DNA from: Trichinella spiralis
Lineage: Eukaryota
Direction of reading: 5' to 3'
DNA length: 64,000 nt
NCBI RefSeq assembly: GCF_000181795.1
Contig: NW_003526940.1
Coordinates: 2,003,854-2,067,853, forward strand
The position numbers and the translations under genes were made by a program. This document shows positions 26,401-39,045 of this stretch, piece after piece (within the stretch, counting starts at the first letter, position 1; the number at the start of each line of letters is the position of its first letter). The notes beneath the pieces were generated by a model. The model ran no database searches. It had not been told where the DNA came from and was given only the letters and a program-made list of their open reading frames with translations.

Positions 26401-27878
26401 CACGAGTTCTAAGCTGGGCATGGAGGAGATGGCCGAAATCTGTATCAGACGAACGACTGAAACCTTACGTGACGCGCCAACATGAAATCTCAATTCACAA
26501 TGGTTGTTTGCTATGGGGCAGTAGAGTGATAATCCCACTCCAAGCACGTCACAAAATTCTCAAGGAATTGCACATAGGTCATCCAGGCATCGTACGTTGG
26601 TGGCCAAAAATGGACAGTGAAATCGAAAATTTGGTAAGAACATGCGAACAGTGCCAACAGTCGAGAGCTTCGCCACCACACGCGCCTGTGCACAAGTGGG
26701 AATCTCCAAGAACTCCGTGGTCTCGCATACACGTTGACTTAGCAGGCCCTATTTACGGCAAGAATTTCCTAATTGTCGTGGACGCCTTCTCCAAATGGCG
26801 TGAAGTCAGAGTACTGAAAAACACGACATCCGAATCAGTGATATCATGCCTGAGACAAATTTTTAGTACCCATGGACTCCCTGACATTATCGTCTCCGAT
26901 AATGGTACACAGTTCACTTCCCACACCTTTCAGGAATACTTAAACAAAGGTGGTATCAGGCACATCACGTCCGCCTCCTTTCACCCGTCGTCAAACGGTC
27001 AAGATGAAAGGATGGTCCGTATTACGAAGGAATGCCTAAAGAAGATGACACAACGTGACTGGGAATACAACCTCGCGAATTTCTTATTTTGCCAACATGT
27101 CACTCCTTGCACGACAACTGGCAAAGGCCCGGCTGAACTTCTGATGAACCGCAGACTCTGAACTGTTCTGGACTGATTACAACCAGACGTAGTACTGGAA
27201 GACCTTGATAAAAATTTTGAAAAGGTACGCACATTCCAAACTTACGATCAGGTATACGCTAGGAATTATTCTTCGGAGAAAACCTGGAAACCAGCGACAG
27301 TTGTGACTCAGACAGGCCCACCGTCCTACCAGGTACAGACCGAAGACGGTCAACTGTGGCCCAGACACATAGACCAGGTGAGAAAACGCTATGTGACTGC
27401 TGAACATAATTACAGTGCAGAGAAAATCGAATCACAGGAAGATAAAACTGGAGAAAAAAACAGTTGAAGTTATACCTGAGGAAGATACAGCAGTTGTCAC
27501 AACACAAAGAGAAGAAAATGCGGCAGCGTCACCATCACCTGATATTGAAAGTATTGGACAAAAGAGATCGTCTACGCGTAAAAGAAGACCGCCAGAACGG
27601 CTCAAAGACTACGAATGTTAAGGGGGAAGGGATGTAATGTATTGTGATTCAATGCAATCAAAAATATCTACAAAAAGAACGCGCAGGAACATATTACAGT
27701 AGTTTCCACGTCACCAGTGTCCGTGCGTAGCTGTTTCCGCGTTCGCTCTGTGTGCATTGTTTTCCCTGTGTGTGCGTTATCTTTGTGTGTAATCTCTTGT
27801 GCGTTATACATTAGCTTGGTATTGTGTTGTCATTAGAAGTAAAGTCTCTATATACTTAATCAGTTCTCATACACAACA
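23428..27878 (+). mobile_element. Full-length Ty3/Gypsy (Mag-like) LTR retrotransposon, inactivated
   Basis: 246-bp TG..CA LTRs at 23428-23673 and 27633-27878; 5-bp TSD CATTA; PBS TGGCGACGAGGATGGGATTC (tRNA-Ser type); PPT AAGGGGGAAGGGA. Confidence 0.97.
23736..27621 (+). pseudogene. gag-pol polyprotein (gag, CCHC knuckle, protease DTGS, RT, RNase H, integrase) with premature stops
   Basis: gag and pol share one frame; TGA at 24240, 27159 and 27174; RT motif reads YFND; in-frame deletion in the integrase HHCC region (HPGIVR|WWP). Confidence 0.92.
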
Positions 27879-28084
27879 CATTATAAGAATTATTTTATTT
27901 TGTAATATTTCATAAACATTTTTAAATTAGGAAAACAGCATCATATTCATATACAAACAAGTCAATCAAAACTTATGAATTTTATGTGAAAGATAATAGA
28001 ATAAACTTCAGAAAGCAGTTAAAACATACATGAAATGCAAAAATGAATAAGAAAATAAATGATAAAAAATGACAATTATGGTAG

Positions 28085-28582
28085 TTATTCAGTGCTCATT
28101 TCAACGGCAGTAGTACAGCCAGATATAAACTGGCTGTAGCGAGATTGGAAGAACTTCACATACAGTATTTCAACTCCAAAACAGCTCGGCGTGAAAAGCG
28201 AAAGGAAGAAAATGCATTTCGGTAACCAATAGATTGCAATAAACAGAAGATTGTAGCCAGCAAATAAATCAAAAATTGTAAACAAACCAAAAATAACCCA
28301 ATAAAACATCCACTGCTTGCATTTGCTTTTCTCAATGGATTCCATCTCTGCTAAAGTTTTCATTACTGGATAGACAATGCAAATCAAGTCGCACAACAAT
28401 TTTACAGCGGGATTGTATATAGCCAACAGCATACAAATCACACCAGCCAGCACAATCGCAGCTTGATAACGACTTCGACCACTTTTTTGCTCAATTTTAC
28501 CAAAAAGTTTGCCAACCAATGCGCTGTCATCATTGATGGCATCGGCAACATCCTTGCAAATACTTCGGACAATTTTTTCCAT
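28085..28582 (-). CDS. REEP5/DP1/Yop1-like protein, intronless copy 2
   Basis: Protein identical to copy 1; three synonymous differences at 28406, 28409 and 28412. Confidence 0.88.
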   Translation of the reverse strand: MEKIVRSICKDVADAINDDSALVGKLFGKIEQKSGRSRYQAAIVLAGVICMLLAIYNPAVKLLCDLICIVYPVMKTLAEMESIEKSKCKQWMFYWVIFGLFTIFDLFAGYNLLFIAIYWLPKCIFFLSLFTPSCFGVEILYVKFFQSRYSQFISGCTTAVEMSTE

Positions 28583-28984
28583 TTTCAAGCAATCGAAAAA
28601 GCAACCGTTCAATTGGAAGAACGAGGACAAACTAATTTTCAACCATTAAGCCATCTATACAGTTATTTGAAACTTTAAAATAAGCAGACTGAAATTTTAT
28701 TGTTTAATTTAAACAAAACTTTCAACATATGAGTTTAAAGTTTTGAAACAAGTAATATATATATAATTAAATGACATGTGACAGATATTGAATTAAAAAA
28801 TTAAATAAATTTAGTAATAAAAATTATAAAGCATATAATGCATAAAGAATGAAAAATTATTCTCTTAATCGATAATTTTCAAATAATATTTCAGTCAAAT
28901 CTGAAATTGCAAAACTTTGTAATACTAAAAATGTTTGTAACTGGACAACAAGCAATATGTAAAAACATAAGAAAGAGGAATGCA

Positions 28985-29401
28985 TTTTATCGCAACCGTT
29001 TTTTGTTTACTGTTCCCAATATCAGAATAAGCTGGCGTATCACAGACTGGCGAGTTATCCCAAAATCAAAGCACCTACTGCTTTCCCAGAAAAGATACCC
29101 ACAAAGAAGCTGTCGCAGATCTGGTAACAATTCGGTCATATTTTCAAGAAAACAGCATAAATCAGACAAACCTAGACTGCACTGATAGTATGCTAATAAC
29201 GCTTGTACTACAAAACAATTCAAATTCACATTCTTGACAATTTTGCTTGAAATAAATGAACATTTTTCGCATTAAACCAATTCGTGAATGTGAAGTTGTT
29301 GTTTCCTTCAATTACTTGGCATAATATTGGTAATTGCACAACTTGGATAAGTACATGGAATTTCTTCCCAAAATCTATCTGCAGTCAGCCAAGGTCGACT
29401 G
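28985..29401 (-). mobile_element. Diverged partial MITE copy C
   Basis: Colinear with 31820-32237; ends CCAAGGTCGACTG|TA. Confidence 0.7.
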
Positions 29402-30914
29402 TAGTTAAATTGCTAAATTACTGCTGACATTTTATTTATCTGTAAGATTCCAGTACCCTTATTTTTCCTATAGAAGCCCTACTCATGACGCATCATCAAC
29501 TAGGTATACACTGTTGAAGATATTTTCCGTAGTCATGTTACTTCTCTTTTTTCCCCAAGGCAGAACTTAATGCTTTACCAGAGCTTTCATTGGGCGTTCC
29601 TGGCCTAGCTATGTGCCAACATGCATTTCACCAAATACACGACTTAACATGACAAGGTAAAATAAAAATTTCATAACGTTGGAAATGGTTTGAGGAGGAA
29701 AAACAAACAAATCTATAATAAGCAAATAAGTGTGCTTCACCTATCATAGGACCAGAAGGCAAATACACTTTCAGTAAACACCTAGCAAATAAGGAATGAG
29801 GGCGAACTTACTACTAAACCAAAGTTTTCTTGAAACAACAGCTTGAATTTTTGACCGAACAAATGAAAAATTAATCAAAATTTTTTCAAATATAAATACT
29901 AAAAATAACTTTTGGTATACTGTTATTCTCTCTTTGTTCTCTGTCAATTTCCATGCGGATGCTGTTTAAATATTGTGGCAAGCTAATGTAAGTTGCATGC
30001 CACTTCGAGATACATAAGACATATTCTTCTTCTGCTAGTAAGCGAGAAATAAGTGTGAAATTTGAATAAATCTTTATGATGAATAGTAAATTCAGATCTT
30101 CTAAAGCACCATTTCAGCAGCCGGTCAATTACAGAGATCAGTGACTCTCCGTTCCTGATGAGATTTGCATTATTATAACAGCGTTTTAAACTACATACAA
30201 ATTACAACAATTTATTATTCATTTAAACAGACATAAAAGTTTATGTCACACATAATTTCAAATAACAAGATTTTAAGATTAAATGGTTTGCTCCAACTTA
30301 GAATATGTGGTTATGAGTTACTTAGGAATTTTAAAAGTTCTTTTATTTATTAGTTCAAATTGATGTTTCATGATTTGCAGAAAAGAAATACAACACAAAA
30401 TTATAGCAGTTTGAAATAAAATTCAGAGTAAAATATTTAGAATTTAATGAGCATGTTCACATTTTGATGTAATATGTGTAAAAAATTATTTTAAGAAATG
30501 ACTGTGAAAAAACGCATTCCAGGTCCTTATGTTTTTACATATTGCTTGTTGTCCAGTTACAAACATTTTTAGTATTACAAAGTTTTGCAATTTCAGATTT
30601 GACTGAAATATTATTTGAAAATTATCGATTAAGAGAATAATTTTTCATTCTTTATGCATTATATGCTTTATAATTTTTATTACTAAATTTATTTAATTTT
30701 TTAATTCAATATCTGTCACATGTCATTTAATTATATATATATACTTGTTTCAAAACTTTAAACTCATATGTTGAAAGTTTTGTTTAAATTTAAACAATAA
30801 AATTTCAGTCAGCTTATTTTAAAGTTTCAAATAACTGTATAGATGGCTTAATGGTTGAAAATTAGTTTGTTCTCGTTCTTCCAATTGAACGGTTGCTTTT
30901 TCGATTGCTTGAAA

Positions 30915-31412
30915 ATGGAAAAAATTGTCCGAAGTATTTGCAAGGATGTTGCCGATGCCATCAATGATGACAGCGCATTGGTTGGCAAACTTTTTGGTAA
31001 AATTGAGCAAAAAAGTGGTCGAAGTCGTTATCAAGCTGCGATTGTGCTGGCTGGTGTGATTTGTATGCTGTTGGCTATATACAACCCTGCAGTAAAATTG
31101 TTGTGCGACTTGATTTGCATTGTCTATCCAGTAATGAAAACTTTAGCAGAGATGGAATCCATTGAGAAAAGCAAATGCAAGCAGTGGATGTTTTATTGGG
31201 TTATTTTTGGTTTGTTTACAATTTTTGATTTATTTGCTGGCTACAATCTTCTGTTTATTGCAATCTATTGGTTACCGAAATGCATTTTCTTCCTTTCGCT
31301 TTTCACGCCGAGCTGTTTTGGAGTTGAAATACTGTATGTGAAGTTCTTCCAATCTCGCTACAGCCAGTTTATATCTGGCTGTACTACTGCCGTTGAAATG
31401 AGCACTGAATAA
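30915..31412 (+). CDS. REEP5/DP1/Yop1-like protein, intronless copy 3
   Basis: Inverted copy; protein identical to copies 1 and 2. Confidence 0.88.
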   Translation: MEKIVRSICKDVADAINDDSALVGKLFGKIEQKSGRSRYQAAIVLAGVICMLLAIYNPAVKLLCDLICIVYPVMKTLAEMESIEKSKCKQWMFYWVIFGLFTIFDLFAGYNLLFIAIYWLPKCIFFLSLFTPSCFGVEILYVKFFQSRYSQFISGCTTAVEMSTE

Positions 31413-31669
31413 CTACCATAATTGTCATTTTTTATCACTTATTTTCTTATTCATTTTTGCATTTCATGTATGTTTTAACTGCTTTCTGAAGTTTATTCTA
31501 TTATCTTTCACATAAAATTCATAAGTTTTGACTGACTTGTTTGTATATGAATATGACGCTGTTTTCCTAATTTAAAAATGTTTATGAAATATTTCAAAAT
31601 AAAATAATTTTTATGATGCAAAAGTTCATTGGAATTTATAAATTTTATTAAAATAAATGTTTTCATCTG

Positions 31670-32237
31670 CAGTCGAACTTGGTTAGGTGCACACTAGATT
31701 AGTGCCCAACTTGGTTAAATGCACACGAGATTTACTGTTCGCAATACATAGTTCTCAAATAGACAATAGGCACATTCCCAGTCGCTTTACGTTTGTCATC
31801 AGCCATAACAACTATTCATACATGATGAAGTTTACTATTCGCTATATTAGAATAAGTAGGTTTATCATAAACAACGTGATCTAGCCCAAAGTCAGAACAA
31901 CTACTGCTTTCCCAGGAAGTTACTCACAAGGAAGCTGTCGCAGATATGGTGGCAATTCGGTCGTATTTTTGCAAAAACAGCATAAATCAGGCAAACCTGG
32001 ACTGAATTGAAGATCAGATTGTAACGCTAGTGTCACAAAATATAATTTCAACCCACATTTCTGACTGTTTTGTTTAAAATAAATGGAAACTTTTTCTCAT
32101 CAAACCTATTTGTAAATTTAAAGTCATTGATCCTTTCAATTACTTTTCATAACTCTTAACTTTCAATATGTGCACAACTTGGTCAAGTGCATGGAGCTTC
32201 TTCCCAAATTCCACGTGCACTTATCCAAGTTCGACTG
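31670..32237 (-). mobile_element. MITE copy D
   Basis: CAGTCGAACTTGG ... CCAAGTTCGACTG; inverted relative to copy A. Confidence 0.8.
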
Positions 32238-33177
32238 CAATTGGTTTACTTGTATAAAAGTAATGAGCACCGGATTGGGTAAACACTAAAGTACATAGTA
32301 TTTTGCTAGCATCTGGTGGCAATATTTAATAAAACATAATTCGCCAATCTAGGCTTGCAACAGAAATTGTGATAAATAAAGGCTAAACATATATCAAAAT
32401 GAACTTCTGATCATCTCGTACTTTACAAATTAGCTTAAATGCAGATTAAGTATTTTTTGAGAGGAAACAAGTAAGACGAGCAGCTAAAATTGCTTGGACA
32501 ATTTTTCGTTCATCAAGAACGAGTTGTAAAGTTACATTGGGCAAGTTTTTTTACAGTAATGTATTTTTTTCGTATAAAAACCTGCATTTCAGATACTGTG
32601 TTGAATGCTGCTACTTAATGCAGAAATTTTAATGGTGAGGGGAATTTATTAATTTTTTGTTGGTAAAAATGAATTTCTGTATACAATGTAATGTGCAATC
32701 TACATTGTAAGCTCATGTAGAAATATGCAATTTGATTCTAGAATAATATTAGAAAGAAAATATGTTATGCTGCATTGTGTATTTTGAGATGAATTAAAAA
32801 ATTGTTTTGGAAAGTTTGAAAGTTAAAAACATGTTTTTTTATTATTCATCATTCATTATTATTTTCAAATTTTGTATAGACGTCATCGAGGTATGTAGAT
32901 AAAGATTCTCAGATTTCTAGCTGTTTTATTAGTTTTAAATTTGCTATCATAGTTTTGTGTTGAAAAGCTGTCAGGCATACTTCACTGTTAACATTGGTGT
33001 TTGTAATTGTGTTTACTTTTTGGAACAATGTAAATTTTTTTTGTCAACACTGTTATCGAAATCTTATATTTTATCGTTAGATCAACACAGCAGCGTCTGG
33101 TTTTGGAATATTTTCTTTTGTGAATTTTGCACATAGATCATTGTACGAATTTTTCAGAAACTGAATTTCAATCAACA

Positions 33178-35409
33178 ATGAGCAATAACGAAAAAGATCT
33201 GCAGAGTATTTTCAAGTAAAATTATTATTATTATATCGTTATTAATTTTATAATTATTTGTTGCATATTGTAGGTATGTTGATGAACATGTTTCGTTGTA
33301 TGTTGAACGCCTGGCAGAAGCGGTGGCCATCGAAAGTGTTTCGGCTGACAAGGCGAAGTTCGGTGAATTGATTCGCATGGCCGAATGGACGAAAAATGTA
33401 TATTTTTTTCTCCGGATGAAATATTTTAATAATTTTTGTTTGTTTTTCACAATTTGGTTTCTTCAGAAATTGGAATTGTTTGGTACTGTTTGTGAATTGG
33501 TATATCCAAAATCGAAGCAATTGGACAACGGCGAGTTTGTCAAATTGCCCCCTGTTTTGCTTGGACAGCTTGGAAGTGATCCAAAAAAAGTCACTCTGCT
33601 GATATATGGTCACTTGGATGTTCAGCCGGCGGAAAAGGCAAATAATTTTGTTCAAATTGAAAATTAAAATTTCGTTCAAATTATTATTTGTTTTATGCAA
33701 ATATATTTGAGAATGATTTGTTGTAGTCGGATGGTTGGGATACTGAACCTTTTGTTCTTGTGGAAAAGGATGGAAAATTGTACGGCAGGGGTTCGACCGA
33801 CGATAAAGGACCAGTGATAGCGTGGATTAACATTATTGAAGCTTTTCATTGTTTGAAAATTGAAATGCCCGTTAATGTTAAAGTCTGATTTTGCATATTC
33901 ATTTTTCGTTTCATGTATTTCATTTTTCATCATTAATTTTTCAGTTTTGTTTTGAACTGATGGAAGAAAGTGGATCAGTAGGTTTGGAGGATGTTTTGCG
34001 TTGTAAAAAGGACGAAGGTTGGTTCCAGGTAATTTGTGCAGAGTGAAAATTATGTTTTTTTTGAAAGAAAAAATTTACTTTATCTTAGGACGTGGATTGT
34101 GCTTGCATTTCAGACAATTATTGGGTTGGTACGAAGAAGCCTTGCATCACATATGGATTAAGGTGAATTTCTTTTGTGTTTTGAAATTGTTTTCAAATTT
34201 TCTATAACAGTGCAATATATTCTGTGGCAATAATTATTTTATTCGTGAACATTTTTCAGGTAATAATTAAATTTTTTGAAATGTGGAAATCATATAATTT
34301 TATAGGGGTCTTTGTTATACAAATGTAGAAGTGACTTGTTGTAATCAAGATTTGCACAGTGGTGTATTTGGTGGTTCTGTGTAAGTTTTTATAACAGCTT
34401 ATATCTGTATATTTGTTCATTAATTTTGTTTTTCTTCTCAGACACGAAGCTATGAGTGATTTGATCTATTTGCTTGACAATTTGGTGGACAAAAATGGGA
34501 AAATTTTGATTCCGAAAATTTACGATAAAGTCGATCCATTAACAGAGAAAGAAAGGAAACGTTATGAGAGCATAGATTTTGATTGTGTTAGTAAATTTTA
34601 AAATTTCATAATTTTTATTTTCATTTAATGGAATCAATAATTGTTGTAATTCATTGAAATAGGAATCCTACAGGAAGTCGATTGGAGCGTCGAAGTTGTT
34701 GTATGACAACAAAGCTGAATTATTGATGCATCGTTGGCGTTATCCTTCACTTTCCATACATGGTTTCAATTTGATCTGATTATTTAACAGTTGTATGCAT
34801 GTTTTTCTTTTTCAGGTATTTCTGGAGCGTTCAGTGGAAACGGAGAGAAGACCGTGATTCCTTGTAAAGTGACGGGGAAATTTTCAATTCGCCTGGTTCC
34901 AAGTCAGAATCCCGAAGAAATTGCTCATCTAGTCGAAGAGTACATTAAAAAATTGCACAACGAACGTGGATCCAAAAACAAATGCCACGTCCACTCGTCG
35001 TTCGGTCCTCACTGGCTGACGGATGTTGATCATCCGAATTTTTTGGCAGGGCGGCAAGCGATTCGAAGAGGTGTACAACTTTTTCAGCTAATTTTAATTT
35101 TAATCAGTGTTAAATTGCAGTATATCAAGTGGAGCCAGATTTGACTCGGGAAGGCGGTAGCATACCGGTGACGTTGGCTTTGCAAAAATATACCGGCAAG
35201 AATGTGGTGCTGTTGCCAATCGGTGCCGCAGACGACATGGCTCATTCGCAAAACGAAAAGTTCAACAAGGACAATTATATTCTTGGAGTGAGATGTTTGC
35301 AGATTTTCGTGTTTATTTATTTATTTGTTTATTTGTTTATTTGAAGATGAAAATGCTTGGCGCTTATTTTTACGAACTCGCTGAACACATCATCAAAGAC
35401 ATTCCTTGA
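33178..35409 (+). CDS. CNDP2: Cytosolic non-specific dipeptidase (M20A, CNDP2/pes-9-like), multi-exon
   Basis: [70 protein letters not shown]. Confidence 0.95.
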
Positions 35410-36311
35410 TTGCGCAACAGCAAAAAGAGGTTCAATTGAATTTCCACAAACAGTAACGAATGAATTCACTTTTCGCTTTCAATCATATGAAAATTTCATT
35501 AATTATTATTTTCATAATTTTGTGTATGAAATTGCTTTATTACTGATTTTATTGTGATTTTCTTAAATTGGTCAATAATGTGAATTATATATGTAATTGG
35601 TAACAAACACAAATGGTGAAAAACATATTACTTTATCATTTATTATTTAGTATGAATTTCTTTTAAGTAAAAACAAACCGTACTGAAATATTGAATTGAA
35701 AACAAATATGATGTAATGTGAAAGAAGAATTTTGTTGGTTGGTTGGTTATTATAAGATAAAGAACCAGATAAAAAACAAAAATCACTTAGTTTAATCTAC
35801 ATCTATTATTGCACAAGTATATTTATTGTACTCGATTTAAGTATTTTTTGATGACAGCTGTCTAAAAGTCGATCGATGATTAAATATTGTTTTTTGCATT
35901 TTTTGAAAAAAATATTCGTTTTTTTCTTTACTTTTACTATTTTGGATAAAAAGATTGTGAAGCAGTAAATAATAAATAAATAGAGGAAAAAAAGAAGCAA
36001 GGAAGCAAAAGGAAGCGAATGAAAAAAAATCTGCATAGCAAAAGTAAAAAAACGATATTTAAATATTACTGTTGTTGTTGTTAATATTTGATTTTCTAGA
36101 TAAAAATTTAAATTCCATAGTGTCATCAAAAAAAAACAAAAAATAATGAGAACAATTGCACAGAACCCCCATCCATCCATCCCTTCTATTCTGTTAGACA
36201 TCATTATTGACTTTCAAGAATATGTATATACATATATGTGTGTGTGAGTGAATATAAATAAATAAATAAATAAATAAATAAGCAGCATCTGTGTGTTGTT
36301 TGGTGGTATTT

Positions 36312-39045
36312 TCAGTCGGTAGTTGATATACGTTCGTAGAGAAATACGTAGCCCAAATCTTTGGGCGGCTTTTCAGAGAGCGCAACTTTTTCGTCGTTGT
36401 AAATTATCCACTGGTCGCCTTTAAGCAAGTGACAAACGTAATGACCAGTGTGCGCTGAACTGCCAATGTGACTGATGAATCCTCGAAGACGGTACAGGCC
36501 GTCGCCGTCACGGAACTGCACTTCAGTCGACGACGGTGCATCGTTGGAAAGCCTGCTGTTAAAGCTGCCGCCGCCAGCGCCACCGCTGCCCTGACCGTCC
36601 ACACCGCCGCTGAGTAGCCATTGGACGGCAATTTCCAAATTGTTCGCCGTCTCGATCAACGCTGTTCGTACATCCGATTCGGCAAAGCCCATATCGATCA
36701 ACTGAGACACCAGTTCGGGTTTGGCAGACGGCTGCTGTTCATCGTCCGAATCTTTCGTATATTCCATTGTCAATTTTCCCACGTGCGGTCCTGAACCACG
36801 GAATTCATTCATATCCAACAAGTCGGGCACCGCAATCGACACGTCCAATTTCAACGGTCGCCAATCTGGAGCAAATGTGAACTTTTTCATCTGAAAAATG
36901 GCATAAATAAATTGAATAAATAAATAATAAATGATTTTCTCTTCAGTGTGTGTGTGTGCTTAAAAAATGAAACAAACAATAAATAAATAACCTGAATCCA
37001 TAACCAATCAGGAAAAGTGTTAAAATGAAGCTGCTTTTCCATTGCAGATATTCTGCCGGTGAATGGACTCTTGGTGTTGTCCAACAATTCCGGCTCGACC
37101 AGCGCTTTCAAACAATTCATCAACGACACCGTTGGACGCAATTTCGGTCCAATAACACCGGTCTCCACTGTTGCTGCACCACTATTACTACTACTAGTGA
37201 CAACAATTTCCGTCGCATCGTTGCCAGCACCACTGCCGCCGCCGCTGCTATCGACTCCAGCCCCAGCCACGCCCCCGGCGCCGTTCATCATCGCCAATTG
37301 TGCCGGTTCGTCGGGCAGAATACCCATCACAGACGGAGGTCGATTTTCGTCGTTCACCAACGTCGTCGAATCGATTTGCTCCTGTTCCAAGTCCAACGGA
37401 ACCGGAAGTGACAGTATCACTTCGGGACGTTGCTTGTAGGAAACGTTGCCCGATTCGAGGCAAGTCAGCTTTTCTTCCAACGAAAAACGCCACGCGCTCA
37501 CCACATCCTCGACACAGTCGATGCCTCGTTTGTTCTGCTCGAGACGTTCGAACAGGTAGCGCATGAATTCTTCGACGTCCTGCTGGCGATTGCTGGCAAA
37601 TTCCGCATTGCCACGGTTGATCAACAGACGAAACGCAGCCGGGCGTATACCTCTTCTGTCTGGATTAAAAAAAACACAATATTTAATAAATAAATAAATA
37701 AATATACACCAGTAAACAAATTATATACCTTCCATGTCGGCTCTGGAATAACGACCGGACAGTAGACCGGATACTACTTTTGCAAATTGTACGTTGAAAT
37801 CGTCACAGGGGACCAGGCTGCAATTTTGAAATATACGATCCGCACCGTCCCAGTAGACTCGTACAATGTCCGGTATTATCACCAACGCTTGTATGACGGA
37901 ATTCAAATAGCACGAATTGCCCATGTTGACCATGCCGGTGTAGCCGGGACCGTAGACCGGGGTCAGTTTGTTGCCTTCTTCTTGAATTTCGTGAAATTCC
38001 CATTTCTGATTGAAATCCAATTCCAATTCGATCATCGATTTTTCCGTCTTCTCCATCACCGCCAAATCAATGCCGAAATGTTTCAAATGTTTCTCCAATT
38101 GTGGATCGTTCACCTGGTTGGAAAGTGGAAAATTTTTTAATCAAACAACGAAAAAAAATTATGAATGTTTTTTTTTCTGATTTGCTTGCTCTAAATCGTA
38201 CCAAATCGTCTTCGTCGTAGCTGAAAACATCAGCTCCGTTGGACGATATTGTTCCCAATTTCACCGACAACGGATAGCCAGTTTTGCAATAATGATCCAT
38301 CGAGTGGTTGTTGCCACCGCCTCCGCCCCACAATTTCCGTCCGCAGAATATCATACCGTCGGTAAGGTTGAGCCAGAGATTGTCAATTTTGTCACAACCT
38401 TCGGCTTGGCAACGCCAACCGGACGGTGGAATTTTGGGCGGATTGTCCACCTGGAACAAATTCGTATGGATGGTATTTTTCAGCATCGTGCCGTCCCAAG
38501 TGCCAGCTTGACTTTGAACTTCCAACAGACGATAAGCGGATTCGGCTTCCATGATCGCTTTGCAACAATACAACAAACCTGGACCGAGGGTCGATTCGAA
38601 CAAAGGGACCAGTTCCAGTTGCGGATAAACGGAAACTGCCCATCGTTCTCGCACTTCGTAACGTTTTTCCTGAATTAAAAAATAAACAGGATATGGATGA
38701 AAATATTTTCAAATATAAATAAAGAATAATAATAATAATAATCGATAATCCAACCAAAAATCCACTTTCGACTCCAATCGCCAGTTTGGTAATTTGTTTC
38801 GGTGGTGCAGCATCGTCGTCGTCGTTGTCGTCGAGCAGCAACTTCTTTTCGCGTATCAAATTCAAATATCCAACGTGGTCGGTTCGTGCAACGTGCATGA
38901 CGACGTGGTTCCGACACACGCCCACATGACATACGAGACATATGTACAGGCCGTGTTCGAATTCTGGAGAATCGAAACAAAACACACATTCGTCCTTGTA
39001 AATCGTCGATCCACGTTCCGGAGCAACGTACGCAATTTCGTCCAT
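36312..39045 (-). CDS. USP5: Ubiquitin C-terminal hydrolase USP5/USP13 (isopeptidase T); 5' end approximate
   Basis: KDECVFCFDSP, ZnF-UBP (NLWLNLTDG..CGR), Cys box NMGNSCYLNS, QQDVEEF, UBA (LIDMGF), His box ISHIG..GHYVCH..YNDEKV. Confidence 0.95.
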
